Positions 46,314-64,000 of a stretch of 64,000 nt of DNA are shown here, in pieces (positions within the stretch are counted from its first letter, which is position 1; each line of letters starts with the position of its first letter). The notes under the pieces are model-generated. The model was not told the DNA's origin, did not search any database, and was given only the letters and a program-made list of their open reading frames with translations. The translations under genes were made by a program, and so were the position numbers. Origin of the DNA: the human T2T-CHM13v2.0 reference genome, Homo sapiens; NCBI RefSeq assembly GCF_009914755.1, contig NC_060929.1. The stretch is one strand, 5' to 3'.

Positions 46314-49303
46314 TGAGTACAGTAGACAAGAGGGCTCTCTGTCTACCCCCCCTCCCCCACCCCATTCCTCATCCCGTTTCAAAATAAGAGCGAATGAATC
46401 ACATTCTAAGCTCTTACCCGTGCAGTTCTGACAAGTTTGGAAATTACACAAATCGCGTTTGCAATTGAGGCCGCGGGAATCCAAAAGGGAAACAAACGAA
46501 ACCAGATGAAAAAAAGTGATTCCAAGTCAAGATTTCAAATGGAAATCTAAGGTGAATATTTGTTTATGGTAATAAGATTTTTTTTAATGTTTGAAAAGTA
46601 TGTATCACACTAGCTTGCATCATCAGTATTCAATGTGATTCACAGAACCGCTTCAAAAGATGGTTTCTGTTAGTGTTGCAACAGCACTTCTAATTCTGGT
46701 TGTCATGGTTACTGAAGAAGTCGCCCTGCTCTATTGAGAGGCTGTCTAGTTAGAAGCAGGAACTGTTCTCCAGAGGACCTTCTCTTGTACCCTCGTTGTC
46801 ACCATGGTAATAATTGAGTTTATGAAAATGTACTTACTTTTTCCCTTAAAGTACTAAAATCCCAAGGCATGTTGTTGTTTTTTTTATTTTATTTTTTCAG
46901 AGTTTGCAGTCCATGCAACACAGCTTTCCGCTCAGACAAATGAGAGTAAACACTGCCCTCCAGCAAGTTAAATGGCCCCAAATAGTCATGCTGCCCAGCT
47001 CTCTTCCCACAGCTCACTGCACGAACAGAGGACAGAGGAGGGTGTTAGATGTTCCACGAATCCTGGCCTGAGCCCAGATCGCCCTCGCCATTTAGCATTT
47101 ACATTTGGAAGCCTAATTAGCTTTCTAATTAGGAGATGGGAGAATGTAGGGGGGGATTCCTGCGAGAGGCTAGTGGGGAAAAAGCTGAATCCAACTCCCC
47201 ATGGACTGGTGTTTGGTGTGCCATTGAATTTGCCTAGTAAACCCTCATGGGTTTATTTTTAGCTGGACCACTGTTAAATGGTAAGCCTGGAAAAACCTTC
47301 AGAGAAGCCTCCTTCTGTGTTAGGAAAAAATGTGGATTGGATATTTGGTTTGAGGTGTGTGCTTTTTTTCTAACTACATTTAAAATAAAGACAGGTTTAT
47401 ATGAAATCTGAATTCCCCAGTAATAACTACAGATAGGTTATAGAGCCCTTTATATTCTTGGTTTAACCCTAGGTTTTTAGTTGAAAAGGTTTAATTTGGG
47501 GCAAGCAGTGGTACCATTTCAAATACTTTTATCAGCAAATGTTGGTTTCTTTAAAGAACCGTAATTCATTACACATCCACGATTTCTGAGCTTCAAATTC
47601 TAACATTGATAGCATGTGATTAGACAGCTTGAAGCCCTCAGACTTACAGTTTTGTTTTATTTTCTTTTCGTTTTTAGAGACTGGGTCTCGCCATGTTGCC
47701 CAGGCATGTCTCAAACTCCTGGGCTCAAGGGATCTTCCTGCCTCAGCCTCCTGAGGAGCTGGGACTACAGGTGCATGACAGACTTATCATACATTTTTAA
47801 AAAAACAAAAGCAAAGATTTTTGTCTTAGTAGGTTAATGTTTTTGTCACATATATAGTTTCATTTTGAGAAACTTAAAAATTAAAATATAACATTAAATC
47901 CAACTTCATTCTTTGAATCTGATCACTGTATTTCTCTAGGGATTAAAGAGTTTTAATTCATTGGTTGATTTTCTTTCACTTGTTGAAAGGACAAACTGTT
48001 CATAAAATTTGTTTCATTTTGTATTTTGTCATTTCCTATTGTCATTCTAGAAAAAGGTCTCTAGAATTGAAGTTTTAATTTTCAGGAGAAGAAGAAAATA
48101 TTCAAATTGCTTATGAAGATAATAGTCTACAACTTGAATTAACCACATCATAGTTCTTAAATTACTTTCTCTCAAGAACTTCAAGGTTAGCTTAGCCATT
48201 ATTATACAGCATCCTGAGGAATATTAATCAGTTTTACAGATGGACAAGTTGTGTTCAAAAGCCAAGTGATAGGTCGGTGCCGTGGCTCAGGCCTGTAATC
48301 CCAATACTTTGGGAGGCTGAAGCAGAAGGACTGCTTGAGCCCAGGAGTTCGAGACCAGCCTGGGCAACATGGTGAGACCTTGTCTCTATAAAAATTTTTT
48401 AAAAATTAGCTGGGTGTGGTGGTGCATGCCTGTAGTCCCAGCTACTGGGGAGACTGAGGGAGGAGGATTGCTTGAGCCTGGGAGGTTCAAGGCTGCAGTG
48501 AGCTGTGATTATGCCACTGCATTCCATCCTGGGAGACACAGAAAGACTCTGAATCCAAAAAAAAAAAAAAAAAAGTGATTTCAGCTAACCACTTGGAAAA
48601 TCGAGACAAAAATCTAAATTGTCTGACATGAGCATTATGAATATGAGCATTAGCCAAGACTTAAGAGAAATTCAGGGCATGGATAGCGGGAAGAATTTAA
48701 GATTAGAGAGCAAAATAAAACTGTTAAGGGGAAAAAACTGTAAGGAGAAAGCAGATTAATAGAAAGAAAGTAAAAGCGAAAACATCAAGTGAAAAGAGGG
48801 TTGCACAGAAGGAAAACAAAGTTGCAGAATAGGAAACTAAGAAGAACTCCACTCTTCATCTTCCACAGAGAACACTGATGGTTTTCCAGAAAGCAGTCAG
48901 TACCCTATTTAGCAAAATCGTGTGACTTGGGAGGCCTTAGCGGCAGATCTTAGTTCATTCTGACTCCCTGCCACCCATCCAAGTGGTGTGGGCTGAGGCA
49001 GCTGTCTTTTCGGGTCTCCTGAACTAGCTGCTCATTAGATCTTTTCTCCCTAATCCTAAAGCCATCAAGAAGCTTTCTGTGTCTCTATTTGTTGGAATTA
49101 TCTAGTTGGGATAATATATGGATACACTTGATTACATAATTGCACTGAAATTTTTCTTTTTACTTTAAAAAATTGTTCAAATTGTTATCATCACAATGCA
49201 TTCACCTAATTTTATGAGAGTATATTAAAAGCTTATAACTGGCTGGGCGCGGTGGCTTACGCCTGTAATCCCAGCACTTTGGGAGGCCGAGGTGGGTGGA
49301 TCA

Positions 49304-49600
<297 letters not shown>

Positions 49601-49809
49601 TCATTTTGAACTCTTGGCTGTTTGATCACTTACCTCCCTATGTCCAAATAATTAGCTTATGTTGCTGTTTTTTCTTTTTTTCTTGAGACAGGTTCTCACA
49701 CTGTTGCCCAGGGTAGAGTACAGTGGTGTGATCATGGCTCACTGCAGCCTTAAATTCCTGAGTTCAAGCAATCCTTCCCCCTCAACCTCTTGAGTAGCTG
49801 GGGCTATAG

Positions 49810-50016
<207 letters not shown>

Positions 50017-50189
50017 TGACTTATTTATTTTTATGTTTTATTTAGAGGCAGGATCTCACTCACCTAGACTACAGTGCAGTGGTACAATCATAGCTCACTG
50101 CAGCCTAGAACTTCTGGGCACAAGTGATCCTCTCATTTCAGACTCCAGAGTAGCTGGGACTACAGGCATGCACCATCATGTCCAGCTAA

Positions 50190-50342
<153 letters not shown>

Positions 50343-51025
50343 TAGTTCTATTCTTGGCTAATAAAATACACCTTAGTCATTTTTAATCATGAAGATTTTT
50401 AAAGAGCCTTTTAAACTTTTTGGAAATTTGAAATGTAGCCAAATACTCCCTCAGATGTAATCAACAGCGCCAGCCCTTGAGCTCCTACAGAACACAGAGG
50501 TACTGATTTTTCCACCCTTTATACTGCCTCAATTTCCATGATCCATACTCCATACCCCCTCTCCCATTTTACCATTTCCCTGACCTACATTTCTCTATCT
50601 TTCAGTACTTGCTGAATCACACCTGGAAATTCCTTCAGGCCTTATCTCCTTCCAGATGTTCTCTTTTGGGCCCCACCCTGTCTGTACCTATCTCTAGTTT
50701 AGCCTTTGGCCATTATATTTAGATGATCTGTTTATGCATCTACCTTGCCCCACTAGCTGTAGATTTAGTTATATCTACATTGTTCCTGGGGGTAACTTGT
50801 ACACTTAAACATGGAGGACGGAGCTTAAAAATAATGTTTGTTGAACTGAACACGTCATCTTGATATTGAAGGAGTATTCCATAGTAGAGTAAGAGGGGTA
50901 GCAACCTCACATTGCTTAGAGTAGGGGTGAGGGCAAGGAAGTAGGGGGAAAACATAATCTATTTCTTTTCTTTTCTTTTTTCCGATGGAGGAGTCTTGCT
51001 CTGCACCCGCACCTGGCCAATATGA

Positions 51026-51346
<321 letters not shown>

Positions 51347-51388
51347 TATAGTGAAAACTGTCTTTATTTTTATTGCCTTTTATTTTCA

Positions 51389-51511
<123 letters not shown>

Positions 51512-51614
51512 TTATCCTCCTACTTTCTAGCAGCATCTGTTTAGAGGGGATTGCCTGTGGCACACACAGCTCCTGCTCATGAGACAAGGTGAAGAAGCCT
51601 CATCTGTTGTGTGT

Positions 51615-51790
51615 GAAGCACAGACCCTGAGGTCAGACAGTCTTGGGCTTGAAATTAAACTTGGATGTTAATTGCCTGTATGGCTTTGGACAAGTTACCA
51701 AGTCCTTCTGAAGTTTAGTTTCTTCATCTGAAAAATGAGGATAATAGCAGGCACCTTTTAGGGCTGTTGTAAAGATTTTTAAAAATATGT
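51615..51790 (+). mobile_element. MIR element
   Basis: ctttggacaagttacc...agttttcttcatctgaaaaatgaggataatag core. Confidence 0.65.
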
Positions 51791-51837
51791 ATAAAGGGCC
51801 AAGCACGGTGGCTCACACCTGTAATCCCAGCACTTTA

Positions 51838-52209
<372 letters not shown>

Positions 52210-52696
52210 CTAGTCTTCTAAGTTAGGTACGCTTTGGCCTGCAGTTAACTAAAGAATCTTCCTGCTTAGCTAGAAGTTTATTTTTCTTGCAGAAGAAGAG
52301 GTCTAGATAAGCAATTAAGAGCTTTGTTTTAGCTGCCATCAGAGACCTAGTTTATTCCTATCTTTCTGTTCTGCTATCCATCCTTTTGCCCTCATATTTA
52401 TCACTTCATGGTCTCTAGGTGGCTACTACTCCTCTGTAAGTTCCACAGGGGAAGGAAATGAAAGGAGCTGCTCCAGCTGCAACTATCCTCTTTCAACAGG
52501 AAAGCACTAATTATCAGAAACACCACACTAAGGTCTTACTGGCCAAAACTGTGTCTCAGAGCTATCCCTATCTTTGAGGGAGAAAGGGAAACTGGGATCG
52601 CCAGCTACTATAACAGAAGGCAAAGAAAGAAGAGAGTTAGTAGTGACATTGAGTGAGCCAGGCTGCAGTGATGTCTGCCACACTATCACTTATTGA

Positions 52697-53131
<435 letters not shown>

Positions 53132-53139
53132 CTTATTGA

Positions 53140-53388
<249 letters not shown>

Positions 53389-53805
53389 TAGCCAGGATGG
53401 TCTTGACCTCCCGACCTCGTGATCTGCCCGCCTCAGCCTCCCAAAGTGATGAGATTACAGGCGTGAGCCACTGCGCCCGGCCAGTAGTAGTTACTAAGAC
53501 AGCTAGAACACAACCGTAAGATACACAACAAGTCAAGTTTACATGCAGTGATTGCTTGTGTAGTACAGGCAGGAGGTACACTGAGTTTACAAGGGAGAGG
53601 AATGAGTGTGAATTGACAAAGAGTTGAGGTCAGCTGGTCCGGATGGAGAGGAAATAATATGGGGAAATTGTAACACCAAGGCGAGAGAAGTAACTGGGTT
53701 GGACCCAGTTTAAAATATGCAAAAGTGGCTGGGCGCGTTGGCTCAAGCCTGTAATCCCAGCACTTTAGGAGGCCGAGTCGGGTGGATCATGGGGTCAGGA
53801 GTTCA

Positions 53806-54078
<273 letters not shown>

Positions 54079-54104
54079 TCATGAGATCGAGACCATTCTG
54101 GCTA

Positions 54105-54473
<369 letters not shown>

Positions 54474-54730
54474 TCATATTTGTGAAGCCAAATATATTTT
54501 TTTTTGCTGTTAGAAAGCCTACCACAAAAGTTTAACATGTGAGAAGAAAGATATTTTTCTGACCGGGCGTGGTGGTTCATGCCTGTAATCCCAGCACTGT
54601 GGGAGGCTGAGGTGGGTGGATGATGAGGTCAAGAGATTGAAACCATCCTGGCCAACATGGTGAAACCCCGTCTGTACTAAAAATACAAAAATTAGCTGGG
54701 CGTGGTGGCACGCACCTGTAGTCCCAGCTA

Positions 54731-54853
<123 letters not shown>

Positions 54854-56128
54854 TCAAAAAAAAAAAAAAAAAGAAAGATATTTTTCTAAATTATTCTCTT
54901 GAGCCTATAGTAGATTGTGACCTTGAGCTATTTGATAATAAATCCTCCTCTATCAAGAGAAAATATTTGCAGCTTCCAAATTTTCTTTTGAGTTAATATT
55001 AAAGGAAAACATTTATGGTCATTAATTTTTTTTCTTAGCTTGACTTTTAAATCCCCCCAATTTTTTTTTATTTTTATTTTTCAGAAACAGGATCTCCCTC
55101 TGTCATGCAGACTGGAGTGCAATGGCATGGGCATAATTCACTGTAGCCTCAAACCCCTGGGCTCAAGAGATCCTTTCTCCTCAGCCTCCCAAAGTGCTAG
55201 GATTATAGGTGTAAGCCACTGTGCCTAGCCCCCAAATTTGTTTTAGATATTTATTCATTCTGTTAGGCTGGTTGGTGAGCTGATATAGCTGAAAGAGACA
55301 AAGTAAAGACATTTGGTCCTAGTCTCATCCCTGCCACTGTCTCTTTACCCCTCTGGGTCTGTTTATTCCAATACAAAATGCGAGATTAAAAAATCCTACA
55401 AGCCCCTCCCCAGTGGACTCCTAAAAGTCCCCTAGTGTGCTTGGGTAATCAAGGGAAACTGAATCAGCCAGTCGGCTTGGAGCCTCAGGTTAATTTGGTT
55501 TAGCCAAGTATTAAGAAGTAAGATTGCAGAGGAAAACTGAGATAAGACCCTGAAGTGCCTCACATCCAGCTAAGTAAATTGCCATTTGTTTTTGCCATTT
55601 ACTAAGCAGCGCTGAAGAAAAAGGTCAGTGTGAAAACGGGTGTGCTGGAACGGTCAGGAGGAAAGACTGACAAGGGATAAAAATACTTGTTTTATTCTGA
55701 GTTTTGAGTTATTTTACAATGTTCAGTGACCTCACAACATACCTGGTTCAAATTGCAGAGTAGTAGACCCTAGAAAGCCTCACTGCCACGCTCAGCTTAC
55801 CTGCTGCTGGCTCCATGTCCTGAGATTTTCAATGGCGCCTCACAATTCTCATCATCTAGACACAATCTATTGCTGGTTGCTCTTCAGCTCCAGCCTTTCG
55901 ATGACTGTTTTGCTTCTGCTGGAATGTTTGTTGGTAGCCTTTAGTTTTGCTCCTAACCGCCTTCCACCATCCCCCCAGCCCCACCGCCCCGCCATAGCTC
56001 CTTCACTACTTAGCAGCTGCACAAGAAGACCTCCCTCCTAGGCTCCACTCAGTTCCCAAGAAGAGCAATTCTTACTGCTCTAGGATTAAATTTATGCTAC
56101 TGCTATTAACATTTTAGGATATCTATAG

Positions 56129-56526
56129 TGTTAAATCAAGTTCAGCCTAAAGCTGACTCCCTACATATTTTGAGTTTGGCCTAAAAGTTTCTCTGTACAT
56201 TGTGAACTACAACCTAAATGCAGTTGTTAACGGACTGAAGCCTACTTTTGTGCCAGTCACCGAGTTTTGGCCAATGAAAGGTGGCCAACTGTTCAAACCA
56301 TGTTCAAATAAGGCAAACGTTGAACTGTGACGAATCCGGCTGTTTTTGTACCTCACTTCCATTTTCTGTGCATCACTTTTCTTTTTCTGTCCATAAATCT
56401 TCCACCACTTGGCTGTGCTGGAGTCTCTGAGCCTACTCTGGCTTGGGAGGCTGCCCAATTCATGAATAATTGTTTGCTCAGCTAAACTCTGTTAAACTTA
56501 ATTTGGCTAAGGTTTTTCTTTTAACA
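56129..56526 (+). mobile_element. MER57-family solo LTR
   Basis: TGTTAAA...TTTAACA termini; 4-bp TSD ATAG on both sides (56125-56128 and 56527-56530); starts tgttaaatcaagttcagcctaaagctg. Confidence 0.82.
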
Positions 56527-56597
56527 ATAGTCATATAGTACACTAATCTGTGGTGTTTCTTTATTGAACTATGGTGACATTACCAGAGCTAGTCTCA

Positions 56598-57279
<682 letters not shown>

Positions 57280-57286
57280 TAATTCA

Positions 57287-57601
<315 letters not shown>

Positions 57602-57624
57602 TCACAGCTGGGTGTGGTGGCTCA

Positions 57625-57938
<314 letters not shown>

Positions 57939-58486
57939 CTAATTCTCCTGCCTGCTCTTGCTACTGTCACTGACTTGTGCCATCCCAGGCTGATGCTGGA
58001 CTTCATGGCAGTGGCCTGTTTCGTAGTGTTAGGTTCCACTGCACACCAGAGGGAGGCAGCAAGTGGAATTGGGTGAAACTGGACCCCAGACTGGCCTTGT
58101 CACTCACTAGCTCTCTGAGTTTGGACAAATGTCTCATCCTCTTTAGTAATCTCATCAAGGCAGTGAGAATTTTAATATCTATCTTATAGAGTTTGTTGTA
58201 ATGGTTAAATTAGTCACATAAGCATATGCAGCACAATGTCTGATGTACAGTAAGTGCTTAATAAAAGTAGCTTTTAGTATACTTTCCCTGTTACACTGAA
58301 TAAAATGCTAGCAACACTACTCTAACACCAACTAAAACAATGGCTACTTCCATCTGGGTGTGATGGCTCATGCTTACAATCTCAGCACTTTGTGAAGCCA
58401 AGGTAGTGGGGACCACTGGAGCCCAGGAGTCAAGACCAGCCTGGGCAACATAGCAAGACTCTATTTCTACAAAAAATACAAATTAA

Positions 58487-58798
<312 letters not shown>

Positions 58799-59481
58799 TA
58801 GCCAGGATGGTCTCGATCTTCTGACCTTGTGATCCGCCCGCCTCGACCTCCCAAAGTGCTGGGATTACAGACATGAGCTTCCGCGCCCGGCCTGCTTGTT
58901 TTTACTACTACTATTTATTTGGTGCCTACCATATCCTAGGTTGCACTACATACTAGGGAATATTGAAAATATGAAGATAAATCAGCAGGTCAGTCTCAGA
59001 GAGGCTAAACATAATGAGAATATAAATTTATACTCTGTCGGTTCAAAGTGTGAGCAGAGTTCAGTGGAAATACTGAGATGGAGCAATTAACTCTGGGTAA
59101 GTAAAGAAAAGAAAATACCGCCGGGCGGGGTGGCTCTATGCCTGTAGTCCCATCACTTTGGGAGGCCCAGGAGTTCAAGACCAGCCTGTGCAACATATTG
59201 AGACCTTGTCTTTACTAAAATTTTTTAAAAATTAGCCAGGAGGGGTGGTGCGTTCCTGTAGTCCCAGTTACTTGGGAAGCTAAGGGAGAAGGATTGCTTG
59301 AGCCCAGGGGTCAAGGCTGTAGTGAGCCATGATTGTGCCGCTGCACTCCAGCATGGGTGACAGAGTGAGACCCTGCCTCAAAAAAAAAAAAAAAAAAAAA
59401 AATAGGTTGGGGGAGAAAAAAAGAAAATCCAAGAAAGTAAATTAGGAGGGTCTTGAAGGCTGAATAAGAAACGAGCAAGTG

Positions 59482-61186
<1,705 letters not shown>

Positions 61187-62431
61187 AAGAAAAAAGCAAG
61201 TGTGGTTGTGTGCAGTGGCTCATGCCTGTAATCCCAACACTTTGGGAGGCCGACGCGGGCAGATCACAAGGTCAGGAGTTCGAGAACAGCCTGACCAATA
61301 TGGTGAAACCCTGTCTCTATTAAAAATACAAAAATTAGCCGGGCGTGGTGGCAGACACCTGTAGTCCCAGCTACTCGGGAGGCTGAGGCAGGAGAATCGC
61401 TTGAACCAGGAAGTGGAGGTTGCAGTGAGCCGAGATCACGCCACTGCATTCCAGCCTGGGCGACAGGGCAGGACTCCGTCTCAAAAAAAAGAAAAAAAAA
61501 AGAAAAAAGAAAAGAGCAAATGTGTTCCAGTTAGGGGAAACTGGGTATGTAGAGCCACATGGGCATGAAAGGACATGTTATGATAGGGGAAATAAAACTT
61601 AAGGAATAAATGGTATAATTGAAGCAGATCTCAGAACTTTCCTTGAGGCTGGATATTTAACTGCAAGTCTTTGATCTTTGGGGGAAAGGGACTAGAGATG
61701 GTTGGAATCCTGGGTAAACACTGACCTTTTAGTATTCTAGAGGTGAGATTTAATTCACTGCTAATTAGTGTTGGTTTTGGCTCCCCTAGGGAAGTGTAAA
61801 CATAAAGAAGGCAAGGAGCAGGAACTCGGGCAAAGGCAAGTCCATGGGTGTGTACATTTCCAGAACTACTTGGAGAAATTGAGAAGTGCAAAGAAGGTCT
61901 TGAAAATAGAACAGGAATTATGTCTCATGCTTTAAAATAAAGTAAATTCTGCTGGAAGCGACTAACACATCACACCCTAAAAATAAAAACAGAGGGAAAA
62001 TGGAGCCTCTTTTACTGTTGGTGTGATCATTTTAACCTCAGCAGCCTTCCAAGGGAAAACCATAATCAGGTTGTTTTTATTGTCTGCAGGCTGGAGCAAA
62101 TGCTGGTTTGTAAACATTGTAATGCCTCCAACTCAATAGCCTTAAGAATGTCTACCCGCATTTGAGGTATGCTTCACTGGGAGCCGTAAGAGTGTTGTGC
62201 AAAAGCAATGGGGCAGCTCATCAAACCCGCAGTGTTTCAGAAATTTTCCAGCTAGAGAGGTGCTCTGGTTTAGGGGCACATTGAACAAACTTGCCTTTGT
62301 TTCAGGAGAAAACACTGGAAAGGGTTTTGCTTTTTTTGTTTGGTTGCTTTTAAATTTTTGCCTTTTATTTTTCTTCATAGAACAGTTGTTTGTGGTGATT
62401 TTTTTTTTCAACCAAAAAAGGATGTTTATGA

Positions 62432-62659
<228 letters not shown>

Positions 62660-63561
62660 TAATTTTTGTATTTTTAATAGAGATGGGGTTTCACCACGTT
62701 AGCCAGGCTGGGCTCGAACTCTTGACATCAAGTGATCCATCCACCTGGGCCTCCCAAAGTGCTGGGATTACAGGCATAAGTCACCACACCCGGCCCCGTG
62801 CTACCTTTAAAAACATCTGAACAATTCAAATCAATTCAGCCAGTGGTTACAGACTCTTCCCTGGTGCCCAGAATCTGAAATGAGTAAGATTGAGGACTTG
62901 CCCCACAGAAACGCACATTACAGTGGGGAGGACAAGTATGTACACAGTAACTGAAACACCAGACAGGATTTGAAGATGTTGGAAATACCAGAGGAAAAGC
63001 TGAATTCCGCTTAGGGTATTAGAAAGAGAAGAGAACCAGAGGGGAGGGGAAGGGAGGAGAGAGGAAGGGAGGAGAGGGGAGGGGAGGAGAGGGGAAAATT
63101 TAAGCTGAATTTGAATAATAGGTAGAATTTCAACCATTAGATCGTTGTGGTAAGAAAAGGAATAAAATTAATCTCTTGTAAAACAAGAATTTAAAACAAA
63201 TTTTGTGCTCAGTAACAAAGTAAAACCAGTTTTTATTATTTATTTATCCATTCCATAAACATGTATTGAGTATCTATGAGGTGCCAGGCACTGTTTAGAG
63301 ATAGAGATGCATAAAATATCTTCCCTGCCCTCAGGTGAAGAGAGATGTGCACATAAAAACTTATACTACAGAGAGTCAATTATCAACAGAGGGGTGCATA
63401 AAATACTCTGGGGCACCACGGACTGGAGGGAGTCAGAGACTTCACAGAGGGACAGAGACTTGGAGGTTCAGCGGGGTATGGGTTGAGGAAAACATTATAT
63501 GCAGGGGGAATGTCATGCATTGTCATGTACAAAGACATAGAAGCATGAAACTGCATGGGAT

Positions 63562-63768
63562 TGTAGGCGAGCCAAGGGGAAATTTCCCTTCACCCTCTGC
63601 AGGTTCACTGAAAAGTCACTGACATGAAGCAGATTAATAGGAGAAAAGGCATGCAAATTTGTTTAACATGTATGCACGGAGGCTTCAGAATTAAGACCCA
63701 ACCCCCCAGTGAGGTACAGAAGCTTATCTACCATCACATCTTGATGTTACAGAAAGAATGGGGACTTG
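63562..63768. mobile_element. ERV1 MER4-group LTR fragment, interrupted by an Alu that runs off the window end
   Basis: tgtagg...cagattaataggagaaaaggcatgcaaatttg...aagacccaa; family uncertain. Confidence 0.45.
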
Positions 63769-64000
63769 GAGCTGGGTGTGGTAGCTCACGCCTGTAATCC
63801 CAGCACTTTGGGAGGCCAAGGCAGGTGGATCACTTGAGGTCGGGAGTTGGAGACCAGCCTGGCTAACATGGTGAAACCCCCATCTCTACACAAAATACAA
63901 AAATTAGCCAGGCATGATGGCAGGTGCCTGTAATCCCAGCTACTCAGGAGGCTGAGGCAGGAGAATCACTTGAACCCAGGAGGCAAAGGTTGCAGTGAGC

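Noticed and set aside
46051-46484. Hydrophobic or Arg/Glu-rich ORFs resembling membrane or coiled-coil proteins
   Set aside because: Derived from the polypyrimidine tract.

Overview
Primate (very likely human, 5p12) genomic DNA with about 70 Alu copies. The + strand carries the last three coding exons and 3' UTR of the BTB-zinc-finger gene ZNF131 (14144-14826, 26213-26343, 27342-~29140). A CpG island at ~44.6-46.1 kb has a non-coding first exon (donor at 45306/45307), assigned to NIM1K from known gene order. A full-length processed pseudogene of spermine synthase (SMS) lies at 59482-61186. The rest is mostly nested mobile DNA: a two-LTR ERVL-type provirus (2778-12238, minus strand) with RT, integrase and env-TM remnants, plus Tigger1, MER8, MER58, MER81, MaLR, MER21, MER61/MER4-type, MER57, L1, L2 and MIR remnants. 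I found no evidence of a wholly new biological system. The best second-look items are a 102-nt in-frame exitron that removes half of the first ZNF131 finger, inverted Alus around that exon (circRNA candidate), a cluster of RFX X-boxes at the promoter, a gamma-type env remnant in the class III provirus, a target site used twice (SMS retrocopy and an Alu), and several local template-switch or duplication scars. Repeat family names come from my recall of consensus sequences, not from a database search.
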